64,000 nucleotides of DNA, taken from contig JBHGNT010000008.1 in assembly GCA_043228905.1 (NCBI GenBank), forward strand, positions 22,196,001 through 22,260,000. Reading direction: 5' to 3'. The DNA is from Azolla caroliniana. Lineage: Eukaryota; Plantae; Polypodiophyta. This document shows, one piece after another, positions 1 through 11,227 of the stretch (the first letter of the stretch is position 1; every line of letters begins with the position of its first letter). The notes beneath the pieces were generated by a model, which ran no database searches, had not been told where the DNA came from, and saw only the letters and a program-made list of their open reading frames with translations. Made by a program: the position numbers and the translations under genes.

Positions 1-2241
1 GACTTTGAACGTGTTTGGATGTGTGTGTTTTGTAAAGGACGGTAGACCACCTTTACGAAAGCTTGATCCCAATGCGATGAAATGTGTATTTGTGGGATAC
101 TTTGCCACACAAAAAGGGTATGTTTGTTGGAGTCCAGTGGAAAAGGATTATTTGTGAGCATGGATGTGCATTTCATGTCTGAGATTCAGCACCGTGTTAT
201 AAACGGGAGGTAACTTTACCCTTTGATGACTCAATTGAGACTGAAAATACGAGGGAGGAAGGAGATAGTGGTGAGAGGTTGCAGAAAATAGGATCAATTC
301 CTTCGTTGATCCCTACACCAGCTGAGAAACAAGTGAGCATAGGAGATGAGGAAGAAGAAGGAAAAGAAGAAGAGGAACATGTATGTGTTGGGACTCGAGC
401 TGAGGAGCTAAATGTGTATATCCGGAGGAGGAGGCAGAAGGAAGGAAATATAAACACATCTGCAGCACCATTTGTGCCATCAAGTCCCGTGTCCCGATTT
501 GCCTCGACTTCTGAAATACCTATAGAACAATCAAACCTAGAAAACAGAGGGGATATGATTTCCTCTCCTTCTGCTGTAGCAATGAGGAGGACCTCTCGCA
601 GTAATGCAGGGATCCCTCCTGATCATATGGTTTTCCTCATGATATTGCTCAGTTTATCTCTTATTCTAACATATCATCTACACAGGCATTCATTGCATCA
701 TTAGATTGTGTCACTTTACCCAAGTGTTGGCAGGTTGCTAAAGAAGATCCAAAGTGGAATGCAATTACGCAAGAAGAACTCGGAGCTCTTGAGAAGAGCA
801 AAACTTGGGAGATTGTGTCACTACCACCAAGAAAGAAGATGGTTGAGTGCAAATGGGTGTTTACAGTAAAACAGACCCCAGAGTGCAGATAGATCATTAC
901 AAGGCACGATTAGTGGCTACAAGATATAGTCAGACATACGGCATTGATTACGATGAGACTTTTGCACCTGCGGCGAAGATGAGCTTTGTTAGAACGCTTA
1001 TTTCCTTGGCAATGAATAAGGATTGGAAATTACATCAATTAGATGTAAAAATGCATTCCTTCATGGAGAGTTGATGGAGGAAGTGTACATGGATATCCCC
1101 CCGGGTTTTGGTACAATTCAAACAGTAGGCAAGGTTTGCAGACTAAGGAAGTCGCTTTATGGACTGAAGCAGTCTCCTCGAGCCTGGTTCGACAGGTTAA
1201 GAAGGGTTATGGTGGGTATGGGATACCAGCAGGTCAATGTGGACCATACAGTGTTTTTCCGACAACACTACATTACTTGCTGTGTATGTGGATGATATAA
1301 TTATCACAGGTGATGATGAAGGAGAGATGCCCCAACTGAACGTGCAACTAGGTAAAGAGTTCAAGGTGAAGGATCTAGGCGTGGTATGATATTTACTTAG
1401 AATTGAGGTAGCTCATGGGGCAGGAGTTGTTCTATCACAGCAAAAATAAGTATTAGATCTTCTCACAGAAACTGGAATGTTGGGCTAGGCTTGTAGCTTC
1501 TCCAATTGACCGAAAGATCAAGTTAACTGAACTCGCAAGAGAGAAAGTTGATCTTGAAAGGTATCAGATATTGGTAGGTCGGCTGATTTATCTGACTCAC
1601 ACTCGTCCAGATATTTCATTTACAGTAAGTGTGGTAAGTCACTCCATGCATGATCCGAGGAAAGATCATATGGATGCAGTGTACCAGATTCTGGGATATC
1701 TCAAAGGTGCACCGGTGAAGGAATTGATCTTTAGAAAACGTGGTCGTTTTAACATTGAGGGCTATCATGATTCCGATTGGGCTAGTTGAGCTGATGATTG
1801 GAAAGCCACATCAGGATACTGCATGTTTGTTGGGGCCAATCTGGTCTCTTGGAAGATTAAGAAACAGTCGGTAGTACTGAGGTCAACAGCAGAAACAGAG
1901 TATAGAGCTATTGTTGTAGGAATTGTGGAGATGTTGTGGGTGAGAACTCTCCTAATAGAACTAAGGATGAATCAAGAAAGTCAGATGAGGCTGTGGTGTG
2001 CCAATAAGTCACCATTCAGCATTGCCAGCAATCCGGTGCAGCATGATAGGACCAAGCACATCGAAATTGACAAATTCTTTATCAAGGAGAAGCTTGATAG
2101 TGGAATATTAAAATTGAGTCGTGTTTCTATTGAAGATCAAGTAGCAGATTGTCTTACAAAGGGACTTGGGCCAAGTAAGTCTTTCTAGACTGTGTGACAA
2201 GATGGGCTTAGTGGATATCTTTCGCCCATCTTGAAGGGGAG
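1..2241 (+). mobile_element. Ty1/copia LTR retrotransposon, degenerate internal 3' part (end of integrase, RT, RNase H) with polypurine tract
   Basis: Frameshifted fragments carry copia RT/RNaseH motifs: YKARLVA..YSQTYGIDYDETFAP, LHQLDVKNAFLHG, LRKSLYGLKQSPRAWF, VYVDD, YLTHTRPDI, DSDWA, RSTAETEYRA, HDRTKHIEID, ADCLTKGL. There are several stops and frameshifts. PPT TGAAGGGGAG lies at 2232-2241. The element continues beyond the window start. Confidence 0.95.
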
Positions 2242-2358
2242 TGTCGAGAATGATCAAAGTTGTAGCCCAATGGCCATATCTTGGCCTCTATAAAGAGGAG
2301 CCTTCTCCTCCTTATGTGTGATAAGCGATCTCTGTATTTTCTCTCTCCTGTTGCAACA
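2242..2358 (+). repeat. Putative short 3' LTR of the copia element
   Basis: Starts TGTCGAG immediately after the PPT, contains CTATAAA, and probably ends TTGCAACA (TG...CA). The 3' boundary is inferred because the 5' LTR is outside the window. Confidence 0.6.
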
Positions 2359-3463
2359 TATATGTATACTCTTGAGCATAAATGAAAAGAGAATGTTCAT
2401 TTTGCAATTGATAATATGCTTACTGCTGGTAAAGAGAGAAGTGCTCTTAATGCACTAAATAGACCAGCTAAAATGAGCCTCTGCCATGCAAGTTTTACAC
2501 CCAGCTGACATATCTTGGGTGCGAGGATACGAGGGATAGGCAGCAGTGGCTGCCTTATGTAGACCAAGATAAGTACATTGACCAAGTTCTTGAGATGGTC
2601 AACATGAATGATGCAAATGTGTTAAGTGTACCTTTGTGTTTTCTCTGTACCTCAACCATTTTTTCTCTCCTGTCACTGCTCTCAAGTGATGCGATGAAGT
2701 ATGTGGAGATCAAGATAGATTACTAAAAGCACTAAGGATGAAGAGGCAACATGTTAAAGTGTAAAAAACGGAATATTACATGCCACAGTTAACCCCCAAT
2801 ACTAAGCCCAGTTAAAATGCCAGAATGTATCCAACCACATCTTGCTACCCCCATGAGCCTTGGTTTCAGAGAGATTTAACACTTCTTTAAGTTCTCTCCC
2901 ACAAATTAAGTGTTGAGACAGCATCATGGCACTATCACCCAAGAATGAAGATACGAGAACTATGAAATGAAAATCTAGTGGAGGATGAAAACCACTTACT
3001 TCTCACATGCCAAGCATATAAGGTCAGCAAGAAGCATGATAACTTGTTCGATGGGCATGATAATTTAAGTCTGTCTTCAAATCCCCACCACGAAAGGTGA
3101 GCACATATGGCCAAGCATTATTTTCACACAGCGAATGTTTACTCAAGAGAAGTAAACCCCCATCTCAATGACGATGAAAGATCTATTCTATTCTTCCAAG
3201 TCCACCATTACACACGAGTAGTACGAAAACAGACCTTTCCGGATCCTCCTTACTGTCAGAATGTGAATACAGATCATGACTAATTCAGAATATGTAAGTA
3301 AATGAAGCATAGTCAGAGTTGTGCTGCATTTATTTCCCAATTTCTACCATCTCTGTAACATTTCTGGTTTTTTATTGTGCTCTATCATACCCCATTTAAG
3401 CTAAGCATAAGATGAATAAAAATATGCAACTTCTCTAAAAAGAAGAAAAGTTTTAGATGATAC

Positions 3464-4534
3464 CTTATCATCTATATCAGTAAAGTTCCGGACATATTTC
3501 ACTTCATATCCCAAGTGCATCAAATATCTGTCAAAGGCACCTACAAAGTCAAAATACAATACACATTAAGAAAGAAAAGTTTGTGACACATGCAATTGCA
3601 TTCATACGTACATATACAACAATTACCTGAAAAACAATGCTCTCATTCACTAAAACACCAAATGAAATTCCTCATTCACGAAATACATATGACTGAAACA
3701 ATGCATAAAACTGTGTGGTATTTTCTCATAATTTCCTGTTATTTCAAGCATGAAAAAGAGAAGTTGACATCTTAATAATAAGGACAACAATTTCTATTGA
3801 ATTCCTATAGATTTTTAGTATTTCATCATAATTTCCTACCATTTCAAGCAAGAAAATAAGTATTGGTCAGCTAGTAAAGAAACATTTTTCCAAACATAAA
3901 CATTGATTGTGTTCGCAACAGGACTTGCTGTGCATAACATATATAAACTTTCTATTAAAACCTTATAAACTTGTGGTATTTGTCATAAATCCATATTATT
4001 TCGAGCATGAAAAAGGCAATCTGGCCGAATTTGAAGAGACCCAAATTCCAACAAAAACATTACTTCTAGAAAAGCTAAAACTAAATCAATTCCAAAACTA
4101 CCAGAACAAATTCAAGAAATAAAAAGCGACCTGAAGAGGACATCGAAGCTCACATAAACCCTAGCATGACCAATGTGGCTATAGTCATAAGGGGTCACTC
4201 CACAGACATAAATGCCAACTTTTCCTTCAAAGATGCTATGAAACCTTTCTTTCTGCCGTGTCATAGTGTTATAGATGTGGAGATCGCATTCTTTAAAGGA
4301 GATTCTGGACGAAGAAACACTATCTTTTCCTGAAGTGGAGCAAGATATGTGCCTTCTGGTCTCTTTAGAGATAGGTATCGAGCTCCGAGGGCAAAGAATC
4401 CATGGGAAAGTTCTGCGGATCGGGAAGCTGATAGGGGGGAGCATTGCGCTTTTTGATACCATATGAGAAAGATGGTGATGATTCAGCAGAGTTCTTCGCG
4501 CTAGCGCGCATACAGAGAATTTCGCCATATCCAT
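3464..4534 (-). CDS. cysS: Cysteine--tRNA ligase, organellar (transit peptide); only exons 1-2 are visible (4534-4131, 3527-3464)
   Basis: An S/R-rich N-terminal extension is followed by [30 protein letters not shown] (HIGH motif). A GT-AG splice joins [21 protein letters not shown]. No further exons were found in the window. Confidence 0.9.
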
Positions 4535-5401
4535 GGAAGGTTGAGAAGAAGAAGAAGAAGATAAGAAGCAGCATGCATTATATACATATATATGATATGT
4601 ATCACTAGGAAAAACTTAATTCCCAAAATACCCCTACGAGTTCATGTATTCTTCAAAATGCCCCTCTTTGCCTTGACCATATAATCATCAACACACACAC
4701 AAGTGAGAGATTGGCATCCACATGATTGCTCTCATAGCTCGTGTTTTGCTTAAGACTGGGTTGTCGCAACACCCCCATGGTGGATATATGAAGAATGAAA
4801 CAAGGGTATATATTCGAGCACCCATGTACGTGTTTAACGACCTCGGGGTAGTAGTGTTGAGACCACCCACAAAAGTTTGTGACTTGGTGAATCATTCACC
4901 CGTTACAAACGTCTCAGGATCATCTAGTCAAATAAGATGGAGGGTTTCGAAACCCAGGCCTAGAAGTTGCATCTAACAATCTCTTGGCATGTTTGCATCC
5001 TCGATTAGCCACGAGGCAATTAAGAAGTTGTTGACGCATCAAGTGATATGTTGCAGCCTAGCAAAAAAAACGAATGGTTGCTCGACAACCACGATCGGGG
5101 GATGTTAGCAGAAAGATGTTTGCACGAGTGTGTGGTACAGAAGGGCCAAACCTCGCGAGTGGTGTGTTTGGAGTCGGAACAAGCAGAACCTCGTGAGTCA
5201 GGTTTTGCACGAGTGTGTGGTACAGGAAAGTCATGCTGCCCAAGGAGGGTTAGCGTCGAGGCCTAACAAAACTTCGCGCTTTTCTTTGTTATAATGTGCA
5301 CAATGTACGTAGTTTGGTGATTCAAGACAAGTTTGATGAGACTCTTCGATCGAAAGCCAGCCCATCGCCGCTTTGTTTGCGGTCGACCGGGTTGTGTGCA
5401 G

Positions 5402-5414
5402 GGTGTGCGTGTGC

Positions 5415-5445
<31 letters not shown>

Positions 5446-5667
5446 GAAGGAAGGAAAGAAGGAGATGGAGATGGAGATGGAGATGGAGATGGAGATGTCC
5501 GGGTGTTGTGAAATGGGCTCTCAACTTACATAACGGATCAGCCATCACTGAGCAGAGCCAAAAGAAAAAGCACACACCCACACAACAGAACAGAGCAGAG
5601 AGCAGAGAGAACAGAGCAATGCTCTTTTCTTCATCCTCTTCCTCCTCCTCCTCCTCCTCCTCCTCCT
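5402..5667. repeat. Microsatellite cluster: (GT)n, (GGAGAT)6, (CCT)n
   Basis: Directly visible. It generates several spurious low-complexity ORFs. Confidence 0.9.
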
Positions 5668-5690
5668 GTGAGTGAGAAAGAAGAGATTTT

Positions 5691-8492
5691 TTGTTCTATA
5701 CCTATAACAATCCATCGGTACGTATACATTGCCGTTTTATGTATATGTATCGTTTGGTTGCCTCTGTTGGGGCAGAAGCGCCCAAATCCACCATTGATCC
5801 AGATGGTGAGATCCTCACCGTTTTGGGTGGGAAAGCATCTTGTAGAAGGAAATTTGTCCTCCATGTCCATCTCTTGGATGCCCATGACGCAGTGGTTCAT
5901 GAAGATTTCTCCATAGTCGCCTCTGTCGCCTATGCACATGACAAAAGCCCTATTGTGAATGATGAGAATGTGTTCTTAGCAGAACCCCCTCTTCTCACCA
6001 CTTTCAATGGTGTTGAATATCCTTCTCAACATAGGCCGACTCGATTAGTCTCCGGAAAAGCATCGTTCAAGCTCGCAATCTCTTTGCTCTCTTCAAAGTA
6101 CGACAATCGCTTGTTCTGCATATGTTTCTCACCGCATTATTCGCCTTCGTCTCCTCATCGGAAGGATGGCCTCGGCCTCGATTCGTGCTCTTCGAGCAGC
6201 AATATACCAGTCTGTGACCCCTGCTACTCCAAACCCATTCGAAGCATCTCTAGAAAGAGATCGAATTCCGCATCCACTGTCAGCATCAATAATAATGCTG
6301 GGCCACATCCCATGACACAACATCATCATCACCACCACCACCATCAATATGCTCCCGGAGCTAAATCGAAAGTGCCTGATCGGGCATTAACTCCGATCGC
6401 GACATCAGCCACCACTTCTGCCGACCAAGAGGTGGACAAGTTCTTCAAATCTAGTGTGAACTCGGCCACCTCGAGTAGTACTGAAGAGCAATATGACATG
6501 AAGAACACTACTACTAATAGTGTAAATGGTCGGGAAGGAGATGCTGATTCGGGTTCAGGTAGCCTTTGTTACATTGCTAGCAATAGCTTCAAGCAAGAAG
6601 CACAACTCTTAGAGGCCATTAATATCCCACCTACTTATCATCATAATGGGGCTCGTCATCATGAGAATCATTCGTTTATCCCTGCCATTGAGGCTGAAGA
6701 TTTCCTCACCACAAATCAAATTCATCCATGCAATCATGATTATCAATGCCATATGCAACATGATGATCATGGAGAGAATGACTGTTTTAATGTTGACCCA
6801 TCATTTCACATGTGTGACATGGTCTATGACCATCATGAGAGCCTTTCAGACCCATCATCGATCAGTGCAAGTGCGGACCATGACTACAAATATAACGACG
6901 GGTATTCGATGGATGGAAATTGTTCAGATACCACTCAGAAGAATATTCTAATGATGCATGCACATACAGATTATGATGGTTGTTGCTACATGGACAGTCC
7001 TAGCAAGTTGGATGTGCTCATCAACGGTCGTTTCACACCACCCAATACATTCATGTCCGGTCGGTCTGAGTCCAGTACGAGTCCTCTTTCAGGAATCCTT
7101 ACAGCAGCAACAACTACAGGGCTTGAAAGACCTCCCTCGAACCCTCGTCCTGGAAGCCAGTGTAAGTCAAATCCATATTCAAACACAAAAACTTACTGTA
7201 ACTATTATCTTTCATTGAGCAAATACGTAAGTGGTTGATTCTCGGCATTTGAACTACGCTAAATTATATTTCAGTTGACAACTTCTAGAATCCACCATCT
7301 GTAGTGCTATGTATAGATGTATATGCATCTAGTATAGCTTAGTACATGATAACATCTAATATCAATTGAAAATGTTATAAGCTACATTTCCTGATATAAA
7401 TATGAGGTAGCTCATTCGATTTCATTCTGATTCAGTTTTGCCTCACATCTTTGTTGGTTGACTTTTGATTGATTTTGATATCGTTATCGTATACCAACAT
7501 TTTGTTCGGACATTTTCTCACATGCATCAAGCCCTTGTTCTGGCAACAAGGATAAGTCAATTGAATGAATAACATAAAACTTTCTCAGACATGCTTCTTA
7601 CTGTATCATTTCATCCTCTATATTGCATGGAAATGTGCTTATGAACATAATTCTCAATGAGATAGAATGTACATATTTGTTCCACATTGCTTGAATATTA
7701 GTTTGGAACATCTTCTTACAAAACACATTTAAATATGTACAATAAGGTATACATTTATATATTGCTTGAACATTGTCTTTTGAGCATCTAAATTATATGT
7801 ATGAAATATATATGGAGCTTTTTAGCATTGCCTCACAGTTTCAGATGATTTGACACCCACAAGCAAGAGTTTAGATTTTCATGTTTTCAATGCAATGATC
7901 CTGTCTTGAAATAATTTCTTCTGTGGATGCTTGCTTATTATTACCAGGATTGTTTTCTCACATGGCATGATGATGCCATACTGAGAACTTATGACATCTC
8001 ATTTCTTCTTGTTGCAAGCTATGTGCAGTGAGCAGCCCTTTTCAGCCATACAATGCGAGCACGGGAGCAATGAAATCAGGGAACTTCAGCAAGAGCCCTT
8101 TAATAAGGTCTCCATCATGTGTGAATAGCTCATGGAGGGAGAGTCCAGATCATGGGCTTTTCATGGTGGACAATATGCCTCTAAATTTAGACCAATATGT
8201 GGGTGATGGAGTACTTGTAAACTCTCATAGTAAAAATAGTCTGGATGCAATACTCCAAAAGTTTCTTAGGGAAGCAATTACAGATAATACCAGCATCGAG
8301 GATGAAGAGCAATCATTGCTCAACTTGGAAATGACTTTACAAAGGGCCATCACAGAGCTTGAAAGGAAGAAAGAGCAATTGTACAAGAAGCGGCGGCGTG
8401 TGGTAGTAAATGATGATGCACATATGCCACACAACATACCTTTTCAGTCTTCAGCTTGGATTGAAAGCCTCAGCAACAAATTCAACTTTTGA
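5691..8492 (+). CDS. Protein with the central domain of plant SH2-domain/STAT-like (SHA/SHB) proteins, a His/Ser-rich disordered region and a C-terminal coiled coil with a basic NLS-like motif. At least 2 exons (about 5691/5803-7161, 8029-8492); start uncertain (possibly ATG 5619)
   Basis: GGKASCRRKFVLHVHLLDA..VASVAYA..EPPLLTTFNGVEY..RPTRLVSGKASFKLAISLLSSKYDNRLFCICF..PIRSISR resembles the SHA/SHB central region as recalled. Donor GTAAGT at 7162 and acceptor CAG ending at 8028 are phase-compatible. An alternative pair, 7227/8018, is also in phase. Confidence 0.75.
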
Positions 8493-9239
8493 TCATGCTA
8501 CTTAACGTTTTTCTCTATCACATCAAATCTTCAAATTCTAAACCCTAAAACACAAAACTCTAAGGCTTAGCTAAAACCCTAAAGCCATAAACCCTGAAGT
8601 TTTGATCATTTCTACTTACATTCTCTCTCAGATGATAAATCCTCTTTTGTACTCAACCTGTTACCTTATAAATTTTAGGCATATAATCCTGTTGTAAAGA
8701 TGTTATTCCCATTCCTCAATAACCCTACAATCCTGCTTGATAAAACCTTATGAGCAATGGATTTCCTTCATGGTGAATCTGTATGCATTTGACCTTCAAC
8801 ATGCAAGTCAACATAAATCCAGAAACAAAACAAAAAACTCTAGTATTAGGCTTGTTTCTTGTTACAAATATGGCAATTTTTTGAGAAAAATAAAGTTGCT
8901 AAAGCAACATCATCAAGATATTATATACACCATAAGGGTCTAAATATCTTAATATGTAATCCTTCCAAAAAAACATTAAAATATATGGCAACCTTTCTTC
9001 AATCCAATACAATTGTTTGCGTGAGGATCTAGGACATAACTCCACATTACGTATGATAACAAACAACAATAATTTGCATCATGTCCTCGTCACATTAAGG
9101 GATATTTAGATGTGCCAAAGAGGCGAAGAATGTGCAATGCTCATTGTGTACTCACATGTACATGATCAAACCATGTATACATTGAGGTATGCAAAATTGA
9201 AGTAAAAATGTAGCATGCAGCTTGGGCTCCCTAGTTTGT

Positions 9240-9460
9240 ATCGATTGGAACTAGATGTTGGCATGAGAGACTTGGCCACTGTGGATCCCAATCACACAAG
9301 CAAATACAAAGTTGCCAATGGTATGATATGGCATTGGCCAATTATCATGTTGTTTTCTTCTATCGAAGTGCATTTGTTTGATCAACATCGTAGAACATTT
9401 GTTAGCTTAGTAATAGTCAAGAACATAAGGTAGAGAATGGTGTTAACAAGAGGGGGGTGG
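9240..9460 (+). mobile_element. Possible highly decayed copia fragment (GAG-pre-integrase motif)
   Basis: TGGCATGAGAGACTTGGCCAC encodes WHERLGH at about 9259-9279. A purine run AGAGGGGGG at about 9449-9457 resembles a PPT. Confidence 0.35.
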
Positions 9461-11227
9461 ATAATTATTCCAAATATATTAGATATAGCACGACCAAAAA
9501 GAGAACCACAATTTGTATGTACCATCAATGTTCAATTAACATCTACATCTTATAATAACTTTGAGAGGAACCTATAAGTTATCCACATGTGTGGGAAGAA
9601 TAAAATTAATAAAAAGTTGAAAAGAAATACATTAACGTTAAAGGCAATTGATCTTAAACCTACTTAGACATTTTATGGATCTTAAATCCAGTAAATCTAG
9701 TTTATGGCTGAGTATCAATTTCCAATTAGACGTGTCACATTGATCTCAAATTCACTAAATTCCACATGAGTATTAAGGTACTCTATTGGATTTCACCATT
9801 CAGATATTACTTTAATAATCAAGCTAGAGTGTTGCCATGTTGCTTGGTCCCTTGAGCTCCCCTCCACTAATGTACAAAGACAATGAACGAGCTTTATCAT
9901 TGCTTGATTTTTTGATATTTAAGAAACAACCCAAAACAAAACAAAAAAACATGATCGTGCAATGCACGTCACACACCATCAAAAGGGAACTCAGTTAATA
10001 TTTCCACACTCATGAACTTGTTTAAACTTCTAAACGTGAACACACTTGTAGCCAAACCATCTTATTTATGGGAAATTGATCAAGTTTACTTGTCTTCACG
10101 GAATTCATATTATCCCAAGTATTTATTAGAATACTATTATCCTAATGCTAGTTTTTTAAATTGCCAAGTACACGATTTTGACAAGCTATGGCTTGAATTG
10201 AAGCTCATAACAATATCTATGGTATACTATAGGAAGATAAGTTCTATAATCAACTAAGTTTATACATATTTTAGAAGTATATTCCTCTTAGGGTTTGTCC
10301 ATAAAATTGCAAACACTCACAAGGGAGCCACAAAGTTCGGGTGTATGATTGATAATGAGATCGCCAAAGGTTCTTGCTATTAATGCAACAAACTCACTGC
10401 AATCGAGACGATGTTTACGGACAATTTAATTTCTCTTGAAAATACCATAAATAGGCAAGGTGAAGATATTAGGGCACTCATGAAAGAGATTGCAAAACTA
10501 CAATTTATTGTTATTGACAGTTGGAGCCTTATGCAAATGGTTGCAGCTTGACGAATGTAAGCAAGCTTCATTAGAAACAAATGAGTGTCGAATCCAACTA
10601 GTTGGCCCTCATTCGGCTCTTGGCCGAATCCGACCAGCCGAATCTCATTTTGTCTCTCGGCCAATTTCAATCATCTGGCCTTCATTCGGCCTCTCGGTCG
10701 AATCCAACCAGCCGATCCTTAATGGGCTCTAGAAAATACGAGGGGTATTTGGGGAATTTGGTAAATGTTAGTTAGGGGTAGTTTAGTAAATTGGCCATCA
10801 AATACTTTGGTCTTTATTTCCAACAGAATCACCCTCTTGATAGGACCCTCTTCTTGGAGACAGAGGTTTATGTGTTCTGAAACAAAGCGAGTTGCAGAGC
10901 ATCGCCATCACCACAGAAATCAAGAAAGTAAGAACACTTTGGCGTCCTAATAGATCTTCTGTTTTAATCTCTTTGTGATGACTCAATCGTGTGCAGAGAA
11001 AAGTAATGGAAGAATGTCATCATGGCGTCTCATGTTTTAGTACAATACTGTTTTTCATAACCATGGATCTTCTTGTGGATTCTTAAACCTACTCTTGCTT
11101 ACAATTTCTGGGTAGTTTATTATAAGGTATTCGAAAAACATATAGATAAGGTATCAATATGAAGGTACTCATGTCTACAGGTTTATATCCAAGATTTAGT
11201 TTATAAATACCCTCAAAGGCCAACAAG

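Noticed and set aside
5231-5675. Overlapping ORFs with HL/HT/EM/RW repeats
   Set aside because: They are translations of (GT)n and (GGAGAT)n repeats.
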